Source: an uncultured delta proteobacterium
GTDB lineage: Bacteria; Myxococcota_A; Polyangia; Palsa-1104
DNA: 64,000 nucleotides
Direction of reading: 5' to 3'
Assembly (NCBI GenBank): GCA_963785725.1
Contig: CAWAWS010000019.1
Location: forward strand, 96,001 to 160,000
Shown here: one piece after another, positions 34,347 through 44,639 of the stretch
Numbering within the stretch: position 1 is the stretch's first letter
Layout: the number at the start of each line of letters is the position of its first letter
Translations under genes and position numbers: made by a program
The notes under the pieces: generated by a model
Databases searched by the model: none
Told to the model about the DNA's origin: nothing
Seen by the model: only the letters and a program-made list of their open reading frames with translations

Positions 34347-35348
34347 ATGCGCGTGCTCGGCTTGGAGTCGTCGTGCGACGAGACGGCGGCTGCGCTCGTC
34401 GTCGACGGCGTGCGCGTCCTCGGCGATTCGGTGGCGTCGCAAGTGGCGATTCACGCGGAGTGGGGTGGCGTCGTGCCCGAGATCGCGTCGCGCCATCACG
34501 TCACGAATCTGATCCCGGTGGTGCGCGCGGCGCTGGCTTCGGCGGGCGCGACGCTCGACGACGTCGACGCCATCGCCGTCACGCGCGGTCCCGGGCTCGT
34601 CGGCGCGCTGCTGGTCGCGCTGCAGGCGGCCAAGGCGCTGGCGTGGGCGCGCGGGCTGCCGCTCGTCGGCGTGAACCATTTGGAGGGCCACCTCTCGGCG
34701 GTCTGGCTCGACGAAGCGCGTGGTCCGCGTTTTCCGCATCTGGCGCTGCTCGTGTCCGGCGGCCACTCCGAGCTCGTCGTCGTGCATGACCACGGCAGCT
34801 ACGAGCTCATCGGCGCCACGCGTGATGACGCTGCCGGCGAGGCCTTCGACAAAGTGGGCAAGATGCTCGGGCTCGGCTATCCGGCGGGGCCGATCGTCGA
34901 CAAGCTGGCGGCGACGGGCGATCCGACGGCGTATAAGCTGCCGCGGGCGATGCGCGGACGCGGGCTCGACTTTAGCTTTAGTGGCTTGAAGACGGCGGCG
35001 CAGACGATCTTGCAGAAGCAGGGCATCCCGCAAGGGCAGGCGCTCAACGATTTATGCGCGAGCTTTCAGGCGGCGATCTTGGACCAGCTGATCGGCAAGA
35101 CGGAGCTGGCGTTGAGCGAGCGCAAGCTGAAGCAGCTGCAAGTGGCGGGCGGGGTGGCCGCGAATCGCGGGCTGCGCGTGGCGCTGGCGAAGCTGGCGGG
35201 CGAGCGCGGCGTCGAGCTGTTCGTGCCGCCGCCGAGCCGCTGCACCGACAACGCGGCCATGATCGCCGGCGCCGGCTATTGGCGGCTCGTGCGCGGCGAA
35301 CGCGCCGACCTGACGTTGAACGCGACGCCGTCGCTGCCGCTCGGTTGA
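34347..35348 (+). CDS. tsaD: tRNA t6A transferase subunit TsaD
   Basis: LGLESSCDET, GGVVPEIASR, NHLEGH, SGGH, DDAAGEAFDK, CTDNAAMI. Confidence 0.98.
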   Translation: MRVLGLESSCDETAAALVVDGVRVLGDSVASQVAIHAEWGGVVPEIASRHHVTNLIPVVRAALASAGATLDDVDAIAVTRGPGLVGALLVALQAAKALAWARGLPLVGVNHLEGHLSAVWLDEARGPRFPHLALLVSGGHSELVVVHDHGSYELIGATRDDAAGEAFDKVGKMLGLGYPAGPIVDKLAATGDPTAYKLPRAMRGRGLDFSFSGLKTAAQTILQKQGIPQGQALNDLCASFQAAILDQLIGKTELALSERKLKQLQVAGGVAANRGLRVALAKLAGERGVELFVPPPSRCTDNAAMIAGAGYWRLVRGERADLTLNATPSLPLG

Positions 35349-35352
35349 GCCG

Positions 35353-36183
35353 ATGAGCGTCGACGCCCGCGCGCTGCTCGCCAAGTACGATCTGCGCGCC
35401 AAAAAAGCCTGGAGCCAGAACTTCCTCGTCGAGGAGCGCGCGTTCACCGCCATCGTCGACGCCTGCAAGCTGACGGCGGAGGATTGGGCGATCGAGATCG
35501 GCGCCGGCTTGGGCACGCTGACGGCGCGGCTGGCCGACGCGGCGGCGCACGTCGTCGCCGTCGAGCGCGAGCGCGACATGCTGCACGTGCTGCACAGCGA
35601 GCTCGACTCGCACCCGCGCATCGAGCTCGTCGAATCGGACGCGCTCTTGTTCGACTACGCCGCGGTGGCGACGCGCGCGGGCCGCAAGCCGATCGTCGTC
35701 GGCAACTTGCCGTACGCCATCGCGACGCCGCTCATGTTTCGGCTGTTCGAGCAGCGCCGCTCGCTCGTGCGCATCGTCGTCATGCTGCAAAAAGAGATGG
35801 TCGATCGCATCGTCGCGCCGCCGGGGACGAAGGAATATGGCGCGCTGTCGGTGATGGTGCGGCTGTACGGCGAGCCGCGTCAGGTGTGTAAAGTGCGCGC
35901 CGGCTCGTTCATTCCGGCGCCGCGCGTCGACTCGGCGGTGTTGCGCATCGAGCTCTATCCCGAAGGCGCGACCAAAGTCGTCGTCGACGAAGCGGGGTTC
36001 TCGAAGGTGGTGCACGCGGCCTTCAACCAGCGGCGCAAGACGCTGCGCAATGCGCTGTCGGCGGCCTACGAAACGGCGGCGATCGATCGCGCGCTCGCGG
36101 CCGCCGGCATCGACGGGCAGCGGCGGGGCGAGACCTTGAGCGTCGAGGAGTTCGCGCGCGTGACGGACGGCTTGCATGCCTGA
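35353..36183 (+). CDS. rsmA: 16S rRNA dimethyladenosine transferase
   Basis: QNFL, EIGAGLG, GNLPY, PAPRVDSA, FNQRRKTL. Confidence 0.97.
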   Translation: MSVDARALLAKYDLRAKKAWSQNFLVEERAFTAIVDACKLTAEDWAIEIGAGLGTLTARLADAAAHVVAVERERDMLHVLHSELDSHPRIELVESDALLFDYAAVATRAGRKPIVVGNLPYAIATPLMFRLFEQRRSLVRIVVMLQKEMVDRIVAPPGTKEYGALSVMVRLYGEPRQVCKVRAGSFIPAPRVDSAVLRIELYPEGATKVVVDEAGFSKVVHAAFNQRRKTLRNALSAAYETAAIDRALAAAGIDGQRRGETLSVEEFARVTDGLHA

Positions 36184-37000
36184 GCTGCCCGAAGTCGAGA
36201 TGGTCGTGCGCACGCTCAGGCCGCGGCTGGTCGGCGAGCGCATCCACGCCGTCGAGACGAGCGGCTTGCCGCTGCGCCAGCCGATCGATCGCAAGACGCT
36301 CGAGCGTGTCTGCGTCGGCGCCAAAGTCGAGGCCGTGCGTCGCATCGGCAAATATTGGCTGATCGATCTGTCGAACCAGCACGTGCTGCTCGGCCATCTC
36401 GGCATGAGCGGTCGCCTCCTGTTCGCGCCCGCCGCCGAGCCGCGCGCGCCGCACACGCACGTCGTCTTCACGCTGGGCCGGAAGGTCGAGCTGCGCTACG
36501 TCGACCCGCGCCGCTTCGGCGTCCTGCGCTCGTACGCGCAAGCCGACGCCGCCAAGTCGCCGGAGCTGTCGGTGCTCGGCGTCGATCCGCTCGAGCCCGA
36601 GTTCACGATCGACTATTTGGCGGCGGCGCTGAAGCCCTCGAAGCGCGACTTGAAGGCGTTCCTGATGGATCAGTCGACGGTCGCCGGGCTCGGCAACATC
36701 TACGTCTGCGAGGCGCTGCATCGCGCCGAGTTGTCGCCGACGCGGCGCGCGCACACGGTCAACGCGGCGCGCGCGGCCAAGCTGCATGCGTCGATCGTCA
36801 CCGTGCTCGCCGACAGCATCGCCAATCGCGGCACCAGCTTCAGCGACTACGTCGACGCCGAGGGCGCGTCGGGCGGCAACCAGCACGCGCTCGCCGTCTA
36901 CGGCCGCGAGGGCGGCAAGTGCCCGCGTTGCGGCGCGCCCGTCAAACGCCTCGTGCAAGCGGGTCGTTCCACGTTTTTCTGCAAGCGCTGCCAAAAGTAG
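36176..37000 (+). CDS. mutM: Formamidopyrimidine-DNA glycosylase
   Basis: MPELPEVE, HLGMSG, GLGNIY, C-terminal zinc finger. Confidence 0.98.
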   Translation: MPELPEVEMVVRTLRPRLVGERIHAVETSGLPLRQPIDRKTLERVCVGAKVEAVRRIGKYWLIDLSNQHVLLGHLGMSGRLLFAPAAEPRAPHTHVVFTLGRKVELRYVDPRRFGVLRSYAQADAAKSPELSVLGVDPLEPEFTIDYLAAALKPSKRDLKAFLMDQSTVAGLGNIYVCEALHRAELSPTRRAHTVNAARAAKLHASIVTVLADSIANRGTSFSDYVDAEGASGGNQHALAVYGREGGKCPRCGAPVKRLVQAGRSTFFCKRCQK

Positions 37001-37111
37001 GCGCGAATCGCCCATAAACGGTAGATCGAAGCGGTGTGCGGTGCGTTCGATTGAATCGTGCCCTCGCTTCAGCTACGATCGTTGAACGTCTGGCGACGCC
37101 GAGGGGAGCTG

Positions 37112-37711
37112 GTGCGGGACGACGCGGACGAGTCGCTGATGCTGCGTTATCGCGACGGCGACGTCCGCGCCTTCGAGCTGTTGGTGACGCGCCATCGTAA
37201 GCCGCTCTACAACTTCATCCTGCGCTTCGTGCGCGACTCGGCGCAGGCCGAAGATGTCACGCAAGAGACGTTCCTGCGTCTGGTGAAGGGCGCCGATGCC
37301 TACGAGCGGCAGGCCAAGTTCACCACCTGGCTGTACACGATCGCGCGCAACTTGTGTGTCGACGCGTCGCGCCGCGCCAAGCACCGCAAGGCGGCGTCGC
37401 TCGATGCGCCCGTCGGTGACGACGACGGCTCGGCGGCGCTCATCGACTTCGTGCCCGACTCGGGCGCCGGCGTCGATCGGCAGGCGCAGAGCCGCGAGCT
37501 GGCGATTCGCATGCGCACGGCGATCGAAGCGTTGCCCGACGAGCAGCGCGAGATATTCTTGTTACGTGAAGTGGCCGACCTGCAGTTCAACGAGATCGCG
37601 GCGGTGGTCGGCTGCCCGGAAAACACGGTGAAGAGCCGGATGCGCTATGCCCTCGAGAAGCTGCGTGAAGCGCTCGAGGAATATCGAGATCTGGCGAGAG
37701 CTGTACAGTGA
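37112..37711 (+). CDS. ECF sigma factor
   Basis: AEDVTQETF, FTTWLYTIARN, TVKSRMRYA; GGGAG RBS before the GTG. Confidence 0.93.
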   Translation: MRDDADESLMLRYRDGDVRAFELLVTRHRKPLYNFILRFVRDSAQAEDVTQETFLRLVKGADAYERQAKFTTWLYTIARNLCVDASRRAKHRKAASLDAPVGDDDGSAALIDFVPDSGAGVDRQAQSRELAIRMRTAIEALPDEQREIFLLREVADLQFNEIAAVVGCPENTVKSRMRYALEKLREALEEYRDLARAVQ

Positions 37712-39261
37712 GCGAAGCGACTTCACAGACGGCGGCGTGCGAGCAGCTGCTCGACTACGTCTACGACATGCTCGACGGGCCGCAAAAGGCCGCGTTCGAG
37801 CAGCATCTGGCGACGTGCGCGCGTTGTCAGGCGGAGGCGGCGTCGTTCGGCAAGGTGCGACAGGCGACGGCGAAGCTCATGCCCGACGTCGAGCCGACCG
37901 CGAATTTGACGGGCGCGCTGCACGCGCAGCTGATGCATGCGGCCGCGCAGCGCAAGCCGAGCCGCGGCAAGCTGCTGGCGTTCCCGCGCAAGATCGTGCA
38001 GCACCCGGCGTGGGCGGCGGCGGCGATGTTCGTCATCGTCGGCGGCGCCATCACGATCAACGCGCTCCGCGGCAACTTCGCGATGCCGACCACGAGCAGC
38101 TCGACGGCCGTAGAGACGGTGTCGGCTCCAGTCCCCGCGAGCCCGCCGCTGGCGCAGCCGGTCGCCGCCAGTGATGACGCCGTCGCGTCCAAGACGGCGA
38201 AAGCGGAGGCGCCGTATGGCGGCGCGATCGCAGACAAGTTGGAAGCCAAGAAGAGCGCGCCCCCGTCGGCCAAGCATCGTAAAGCGGGGCCGAGCGACGA
38301 GGGTGAAGCGCTGGGCGGAGTCGGCGGGCTGGCGGTGAAGAACGCGACGTCGGGTGGCGGCGGCGCGGCGGTGGCCAAGCCGAGCCTGCGCGCGGGCAAG
38401 CAAGCTGCGCTGGACTCCGATGACATGAAGTTGATCCAAGACGGCAGCCTCGTGGGCGGGCGGGCGAAGGACGCGCCGGCCAAGCCGGCGGCGACGAGCG
38501 TGGCGCGGCTGTCCAAGGAAGAGGAGCACGCGCTCGATCAGGCCGCGGCGCCGGCACCGTCGGCGACGAACGAGCCCGAGCGCGAACGCGCGGTGACGGC
38601 GGCGCCCGCCTCGGCCGCGCCACCGCCGCCTTCGGCGCCGGCACCGTCGGAGAGCGTGGCGCAGTCGAGCACGCCGTCGGCTTACGGCTACAAAGGCTAT
38701 CGCGCGCAGCCGCCGCAGCCGGCGAGCGTGATGCCGCAGACCGCGGCGCAGGCGCCGCCGATGGCGATGGTGCAATCGAGCGCGCCGCCGCCGCAAGCCA
38801 GCGCGCCGGCGCGGGCCCAGCAGCAACAGCGGAGCCGCGGTTACACCAGCGCGCTGTCGGCGCCGGCCGCGACCGCTCCGCAGCCGCAGGTCGAGGATTT
38901 ACACCAGCGCGCCGACGATCTGGTGCGCGCCAATCGCTGCGACGACGCGGTCAAGGTGTACGCCGAGCTCGATCGCCGGTCGCAGCGGATGTCGCCGAAG
39001 GAGCGGGCGAACTACGTGCGCTGCTTGACGGCGACGGGACGGCAGCAGGCGGCCGAGCAGCAGCTCGACGAGCTCAAGGCGGATAAGAGCGTCACCAACG
39101 GGCTCGTGCAGCAGGCGGAAGGCGACGTGCAGACGGGGCGACGCAGCGAGAAGCCGAAGTCGGCTAAGAAGTCGGTGCCGAACGCCGATCGCGCGCTGTC
39201 GCCGCCTTCCGACGTGGCGCAGCCGACGCCGGTGCAGGCCGTGACGCCGGCGAAGAAGTAG
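37708..39261 (+). CDS. Zinc-binding (ZAS) anti-sigma factor with TM, low-complexity linker and TPR-like tail
   Basis: HLATCARC motif; GTGA overlap with the ECF gene. Confidence 0.85.
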   Translation: MSEATSQTAACEQLLDYVYDMLDGPQKAAFEQHLATCARCQAEAASFGKVRQATAKLMPDVEPTANLTGALHAQLMHAAAQRKPSRGKLLAFPRKIVQHPAWAAAAMFVIVGGAITINALRGNFAMPTTSSSTAVETVSAPVPASPPLAQPVAASDDAVASKTAKAEAPYGGAIADKLEAKKSAPPSAKHRKAGPSDEGEALGGVGGLAVKNATSGGGGAAVAKPSLRAGKQAALDSDDMKLIQDGSLVGGRAKDAPAKPAATSVARLSKEEEHALDQAAAPAPSATNEPERERAVTAAPASAAPPPPSAPAPSESVAQSSTPSAYGYKGYRAQPPQPASVMPQTAAQAPPMAMVQSSAPPPQASAPARAQQQQRSRGYTSALSAPAATAPQPQVEDLHQRADDLVRANRCDDAVKVYAELDRRSQRMSPKERANYVRCLTATGRQQAAEQQLDELKADKSVTNGLVQQAEGDVQTGRRSEKPKSAKKSVPNADRALSPPSDVAQPTPVQAVTPAKK

Positions 39262-39988
39262 CCGGCAGATCGAAGAGACCGAGCTGGCGGCGATCGTCGG
39301 GCACGTCGTGCCACGGATCGAACGCGTCACCCAGCAGATCGCGCGCGAAATCCCACGGCCACGAGCGGCGCGCCTCCGGCGGCAGCGCGCCGTGCCGCTC
39401 GATGTAGGCGCGCAGGAACGCCTTCGTCGGCGCGTTGCAGTAACCGCCGCCGCCACCGACGACCTCCTCGCCGAAGTCGGGCGCGTAGCGACGGCAGATC
39501 TTGGCCCACAGCTGATCGCGGCGGACTTTGGCGACGATCGAGGCGGCCGCGACCGACGCGTGCTCGAGCTCGCCGCCGTCGAGCGCCTCCAAGTGCGGCC
39601 AGCGCGCTTGCAGCGGACGAAACAGCCGCTCGCCGTCGCACACGATGCGTCGCGCCGGCGGTGCCCGCTCGATCAGCTGCGCCGCGCGCTCCTGCTCGAG
39701 CCGGTTGAGCCCGTTGTCGCGGCAGCGGCGATCGATCTCGGCCACGTCGACGACGGCGACCGCGACGTAATCGGCCGCCTCCAAGATGCGCGCGATGAAC
39801 GCCAGCCGCGCCTCGTGCGCGCGCTCGCCCGAGAACGCCTTCGAGTCGGTGACGCCGGCGCGCGTCAGACCGGCGGCTTTGCGCGGGCGCAACGCGACGC
39901 AGGCCATGACCATCGGGCCCAAAATCGGGCCGCGACCGGCCTCGTCGACACCGAGGACCAGCTCGTCGTGAATGAAGGGCGCGGTCAC
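39164..39988 (-). CDS. rnhB: Ribonuclease HII
   Basis: GVDEAGRGPILGPMV, DSK, VAAASIVAKVRRD, GY, RRSW; GTGA overlap with the dynamin gene. Confidence 0.9.
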   Translation of the reverse strand: MTAPFIHDELVLGVDEAGRGPILGPMVMACVALRPRKAAGLTRAGVTDSKAFSGERAHEARLAFIARILEAADYVAVAVVDVAEIDRRCRDNGLNRLEQERAAQLIERAPPARRIVCDGERLFRPLQARWPHLEALDGGELEHASVAAASIVAKVRRDQLWAKICRRYAPDFGEEVVGGGGGYCNAPTKAFLRAYIERHGALPPEARRSWPWDFARDLLGDAFDPWHDVPDDRRQLGLFDLPATSSPASRPAPASAAPRRKAATARDRRSAPTS

Positions 39989-42888
39989 GTCAGCGAATCT
40001 AGCGCGTTCGTCAGCTGTTCGACAGGGGCCATGACGCGCTCCTCGATCTCCAGCCGATCGATCTCCACGGCCACGCGCAAACGGGTCAAACGCGCCAGCA
40101 AGCTGCCGTAAAAACGCTCGGCCCAGGCACGCAGCGGCGCGCGCAGCTCGGTCTCGGCCACGTCGTCGCTCCACGGCGCGTCGCGCTCGAGGGCGCGCCG
40201 AATGGCCGCTTCCGACAGGTCGAGCTTGGGCAGGATGCGCGTGAAGAAGTCGTCGACGCGGCCGCCGCGCAGCCAACCGCGCGCAAAGGCGCGAAAGCGA
40301 CCGAAGACCTGCTCGCCGAGCAAGGACAGCTCGGCGTCGAAGCGCGCCTCGCCGCCGGCTTGCACGACCAGCGGCCGCACGAGCGCGATGGCGCGTTCGG
40401 CCTCGGCCTCGGCGCGCACGCGGGCATCGGCGAGCAGCGCGCCCAGCCGCTCGTCGAGCAGCTGAATCAGAAAGTCGCGATCGGCCGGCGCCGCCTCGTT
40501 CGAGCCGAACGGCCAGCGCCGCGGCCGCACGAAGTCGAGCACCTCGCGCGCACAGGCCGCGTACACCGCGTCGGCGGCGTCGTTCAGCCGGCGCCGCTCG
40601 TGCACGATGAACTCGCGCGTGAACTTCAGCTGCTCGGCGCGAACGGCGCTCTCCGCCTCCGCGATCGGCTCGAGCGTGCGGCGGTCGAGCTCGGCCTGAC
40701 CGCGGCCGCGCGCCTCGCCGAGCAGCTGCCGCAACCGCGCCGTCGCCGCCTCGCGCTTGATGGCGCGCGCTCGCGAGAAAAAGCGCGCCTCCAGCGCCTC
40801 GGCCAGCGCCGGATAATTCGACGCCGCCAGCTGCTCGGCGTCGCCCGACTTGCGCGCCTGCAGCGCCTCGCGCCCGGCGAACGGCACGACCGTCTCCAAG
40901 TTGTCGCCCAGCGCCGCTTGCACGTGCGCGATGATCTGGCGCAGCTCGTCGGGCGTGCAGCGATCGATCTTGTTCAGCACGCCCAAGATCTTCTTGCCCG
41001 CCGCTTTGATCCGCGTCAGCGCTTCGCCTTCGGTCGCCTTCGCCGCTTGATCGACCGTGAACAGCCACAAGACCGCGTCGGCTTCGGCGATGAACTTGCG
41101 CGCCGTCTCCTCGTGCTCGGGATGAATCGAGTTCAAGCCCGGCGTATCGACGACGTTGACGCGCTGAAGCACCTCCAGCGGATACAGCACTTCGACGACG
41201 CGGATCTTCTTCGCCTCGACGGCATCGAGCTTCTTGAGCCACTTCGGCACGTCGGCCCAGGCCAGCTCGCGCGTCGAGTCGTCGAGCTGCACGATGCGCC
41301 CTTTGCGCTCGCTGCCGTACTTGAGCACGTTGATCGTCGCCGTCGTCGGGGTGATGCCCATGGGCGCGATCTCTTCGCCGATGAGCGCGTTCACGAACGT
41401 CGACTTGCCCGAGTTGAACTCGCCCATCACCGTCACCAACAGCGGGCGATCGAGCACCTCGACGAGCCGACCGGCTTCCGGCGACAGCTCGGCCAGCTCC
41501 CGCGTGCGCGCGAACAGCCGATGCGCCTGCACCAACAGCGGATAGAGCTCGTTCGAGGTCGGCGACGGTGGCGTGGCCGACGACGGATCGCGGTAGACGT
41601 CGGCGAGCCGCGCGCGTGGCCGCGGATCGGCGGGCGCGATCTGCGCCGCGCGGCGCAGCGACGTCGCCGCCAGCGCCGGCTGACCGCGCAAGAGCGCCAC
41701 CTCGGCCGCCGCCAAGCGCGCCTCGAGCCCGTCGGAGATCGCCAGCGCGCGATCGACGAGCGACTGCGCGCGATCGAGCTCGCCCGTCGCCGCCGTCGCC
41801 AACGCCGAAGCCGCCAGCGCGTCGGGATGGTCGGGATTGTCGGCCAACAGCGCGGCCGCGTAGCTGCTCGCGCGTGCCGTCGCGCCCGCGCGCAAGGCCG
41901 TCAGCAGCGCCTCCTCGATGAGCCCGCGCCGATCGAACAGGAGCAGCGGCGTGCGCGGCGTGACGCCGGCGGAGGCGCCGACGAGCGCGCGATCGTACGC
42001 CGCCAGCGCGTCGTCCCACTGCGCGGCGCCGGCGTAGACGCGCGCCAACATCGTCAAGACGTCGGGGCGCGCCGGATCGCGCTCCAGCGCGCGCATGGCT
42101 TGGTCGCGCGCGGCCTCGGGGTCGCCGCTCGCCAACGCCAAGCGCGCCAGGCCCAAGCGCGCCGAGATCTGCACTTCGTCGTCGCTCGTCGGCGACGACA
42201 AGGCGCGCTGATAGGCATCGCGCGCGTCGTTCAGTCGCTGCAGCCGCTCGAACAGATCGCCGAGCGACGCCAAGCCCAGCGGATCCGGCCGCGCCGCCTG
42301 TGCCGCGCGCTCCAAGCAGACGCGCGCCGTGTCGTAGTCGCCGCGCAAATAGAGCGCGCGGCCGAGCAAGCCTTGCGTCTCGGCGTCGTCGGGCGTGGCC
42401 GCGACCGCCTTGCGCAGCTCGCGTACGGCTTTGTCGTAGCGGCGCTGACGCAAATAGACGCTGCCCATACCGCGGTAGATTTCGGCGCGCATGGCGGACT
42501 CGCCCACGCCGGAGTCGAGCGCCGCGCGATAGGCGTCGATGGCCGCGTCGTCGTCGCCGCGGCGGCGCTGCACGTCGGCGAGCGCCAGCCACGCCTCGGG
42601 AAAGCCGGGCCGATCGCCGCCCACGCGTCGCGCCGTCGCCGCATGCTCGAGCGCGGCCACCGCGTCGTCGTGATCGCCGCGCCGCGCATAGGCCACGCCG
42701 AGCAGATAGGACGCGCGCGGATGATCGGGCCGCAGCTCGACGGCGCGTCCGAGCTCGCTCACGGCGGAATCCAAATCGCCCCGATCCAAGTACGCCGCGC
42801 CCAATTCGACATGGGCGCGAACGTCGTCGGGGACGATTAGGTCGCCGAGCTGCTCGGCGATTCGGTCGATTCGGTCGAAGATGCCCAC
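39985..42888 (-). CDS. TPR-repeat plus dynamin-like GTPase fusion
   Basis: Long N-terminal TPR array, then GEFNSGKS, PTT, DTPG, NKID. Confidence 0.88.
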   Translation of the reverse strand: MGIFDRIDRIAEQLGDLIVPDDVRAHVELGAAYLDRGDLDSAVSELGRAVELRPDHPRASYLLGVAYARRGDHDDAVAALEHAATARRVGGDRPGFPEAWLALADVQRRRGDDDAAIDAYRAALDSGVGESAMRAEIYRGMGSVYLRQRRYDKAVRELRKAVAATPDDAETQGLLGRALYLRGDYDTARVCLERAAQAARPDPLGLASLGDLFERLQRLNDARDAYQRALSSPTSDDEVQISARLGLARLALASGDPEAARDQAMRALERDPARPDVLTMLARVYAGAAQWDDALAAYDRALVGASAGVTPRTPLLLFDRRGLIEEALLTALRAGATARASSYAAALLADNPDHPDALAASALATAATGELDRAQSLVDRALAISDGLEARLAAAEVALLRGQPALAATSLRRAAQIAPADPRPRARLADVYRDPSSATPPSPTSNELYPLLVQAHRLFARTRELAELSPEAGRLVEVLDRPLLVTVMGEFNSGKSTFVNALIGEEIAPMGITPTTATINVLKYGSERKGRIVQLDDSTRELAWADVPKWLKKLDAVEAKKIRVVEVLYPLEVLQRVNVVDTPGLNSIHPEHEETARKFIAEADAVLWLFTVDQAAKATEGEALTRIKAAGKKILGVLNKIDRCTPDELRQIIAHVQAALGDNLETVVPFAGREALQARKSGDAEQLAASNYPALAEALEARFFSRARAIKREAATARLRQLLGEARGRGQAELDRRTLEPIAEAESAVRAEQLKFTREFIVHERRRLNDAADAVYAACAREVLDFVRPRRWPFGSNEAAPADRDFLIQLLDERLGALLADARVRAEAEAERAIALVRPLVVQAGGEARFDAELSLLGEQVFGRFRAFARGWLRGGRVDDFFTRILPKLDLSEAAIRRALERDAPWSDDVAETELRAPLRAWAERFYGSLLARLTRLRVAVEIDRLEIEERVMAPVEQLTNALDSLT

Positions 42889-44639
42889 AGTTGGTCGCGT
42901 AGCGCGGTCAAGCGCGCTTCGATCAAGGTCAGCCGCGCGGTCTGCGCCGCCAATTCCGACTCACGCACGCTCACGTCGACGCCTTGCGCGCGCCGCTCCG
43001 ACAGCGCGCGGTCGAGGACCTCGGAAATGCCGCGATGAAGCGCGTCGCCGGCGGCCGTCACGAAGTCGCTCAGCCGCGCCGCGAAGTCTTCCACGATCTG
43101 CTGGAACCGCGGCGCCACCGCCTCCGCCGCCTTGTTGATGACCTCGGGCGCGCTCTTCTTCGCCTGCGACTTCAGCTCACCGGCGATGCGCTCTTTGAAC
43201 ACGACGGCCAAGATCGGCGCCGCCAGCGTCAACAGGCCGCCGACGAGCGTATTGACGAACAGGAAGATGCCCGTCCCCAAGGCGCCGAGCGCAAACACGC
43301 CGACGTTGTACTTGAGCGAGTCGACCTCGAGATCGATCTTCGTGTCGGCGGGACCGAGCTCGCGCGACAGCGTCGCCATCGTCGTCGCCACGTCTTCGTT
43401 GGTGACCGCGATGATCTCTTCGGCCAGCCGCTCCAGCTGCGCCGCGACTTTGTCGCCCTCTTGCTCGGCCCACAGCTTCCACGTGTCCTGAATGAACGGA
43501 CCCAAGAAGCGCTTGATCTCCTCGCCGTCCGCGCGATCGATCTCCTGCGGCAGCCGCACGAGGAACTCTTTGACGAACTCCTCGAGATCGAGCCGCACGC
43601 CCGCTTCGATGGCGTCCGCTTCGGCGCGAATCTTGGCGTGATGCACCTTCAAGCGCGACTGCGCCGAGTGCAGCTGCGTGTGGACGCGCCCGATGCGCTC
43701 CTCGAGCTCCGTCAGCGCCAGCTGCAGCGAGCGCCGCTTGATGCCGAAGTTCGACGCCAAGTAGCCGCCGAGCCGCATGCCGTCGTTGATGGCGTTGTCG
43801 AGGAGCACGCGGCTGCGCTCGTCGGCGAGATAGCGGCCGAGATGACGCAGCAGCGGATCGAAGCCCGACATCGCGCGATCGGCCTCGTTGTGCGACAGCT
43901 GCCGCTTGGCCGACACCGGGAAGATGATCGGCTCCTCGACGATGCGCGCCAGATTCTCGCGGCAATAATCGAGCGCTTCCTGCCGCTCGTCCATCGTCAA
44001 AAGATCGATCTTGCCGAGCACGAAGATGAGCTTGTCCTTGGAGCGCCTAAGGATTCGCTGCTCGAGGAACGCGCGCTCCGATTGCTTGAGCACTTGCGCG
44101 CCGTCGAGCAAAAAGAGCACGGCGTCGGCGCGCGGAATGTAACCGTAGGTGATCTCGGCGCGCTGCTCGTTGATGTCGTTGACGCCCGGCGTGTCGACGA
44201 GCGTGACCTTGTCTTCCAAGATCTCGGCCGGCCAGCCGACCTCGACGAACTTGACGTGCGACGCCTCTTTGCCTTCGATCGTCACCCACTCGCCGAGCTG
44301 ACGCGGGTTGACCTCGCGCGTGGTCCCGTCGGTCAGATGCGCCATCGCCCGCGGCTGCACGGCCCACGTCAGATGGTTGATCGTCGCCGTCGTGGGCGTG
44401 ATTCCGGCCGGCAAGATCGCCGCGCCGCACAAGGCGTTCACGAACGTCGACTTGCCGTGGTTGAACTCGCCGAGCACGACGAGCGCGAACCGCTCTTCGT
44501 CGAGCTTCGGGATGCGCGTGTTGTTCAGATCGTTCGCCAGCGACGACATGCCTACTTCGTCGGCCAGCGCCGAGATCTCACGCAGCGCGCGCAACAATTC
44601 CTGCTTGATGGCGGCGTGCTCGCCGGCGATCGCGGTCAT
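42837..44639 (-). CDS. Bacterial dynamin-like protein
   Basis: GEFNHGKS, PTT, DTPG, GKID; coiled coils; hydrophobic paddle GVFALGALGTGIFLF..LLTLAAPILA. Confidence 0.9.
   Translation of the reverse strand: MTAIAGEHAAIKQELLRALREISALADEVGMSSLANDLNNTRIPKLDEERFALVVLGEFNHGKSTFVNALCGAAILPAGITPTTATINHLTWAVQPRAMAHLTDGTTREVNPRQLGEWVTIEGKEASHVKFVEVGWPAEILEDKVTLVDTPGVNDINEQRAEITYGYIPRADAVLFLLDGAQVLKQSERAFLEQRILRRSKDKLIFVLGKIDLLTMDERQEALDYCRENLARIVEEPIIFPVSAKRQLSHNEADRAMSGFDPLLRHLGRYLADERSRVLLDNAINDGMRLGGYLASNFGIKRRSLQLALTELEERIGRVHTQLHSAQSRLKVHHAKIRAEADAIEAGVRLDLEEFVKEFLVRLPQEIDRADGEEIKRFLGPFIQDTWKLWAEQEGDKVAAQLERLAEEIIAVTNEDVATTMATLSRELGPADTKIDLEVDSLKYNVGVFALGALGTGIFLFVNTLVGGLLTLAAPILAVVFKERIAGELKSQAKKSAPEVINKAAEAVAPRFQQIVEDFAARLSDFVTAAGDALHRGISEVLDRALSERRAQGVDVSVRESELAAQTARLTLIEARLTALRDQLWASSTESTESPSSSAT

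Noticed and set aside
39164..42592. 1142-aa RNase HII fusion ORF
   Set aside because: The upstream part is an alternate frame of the TPR-dynamin; RNase HII begins at the GTG at 39988.
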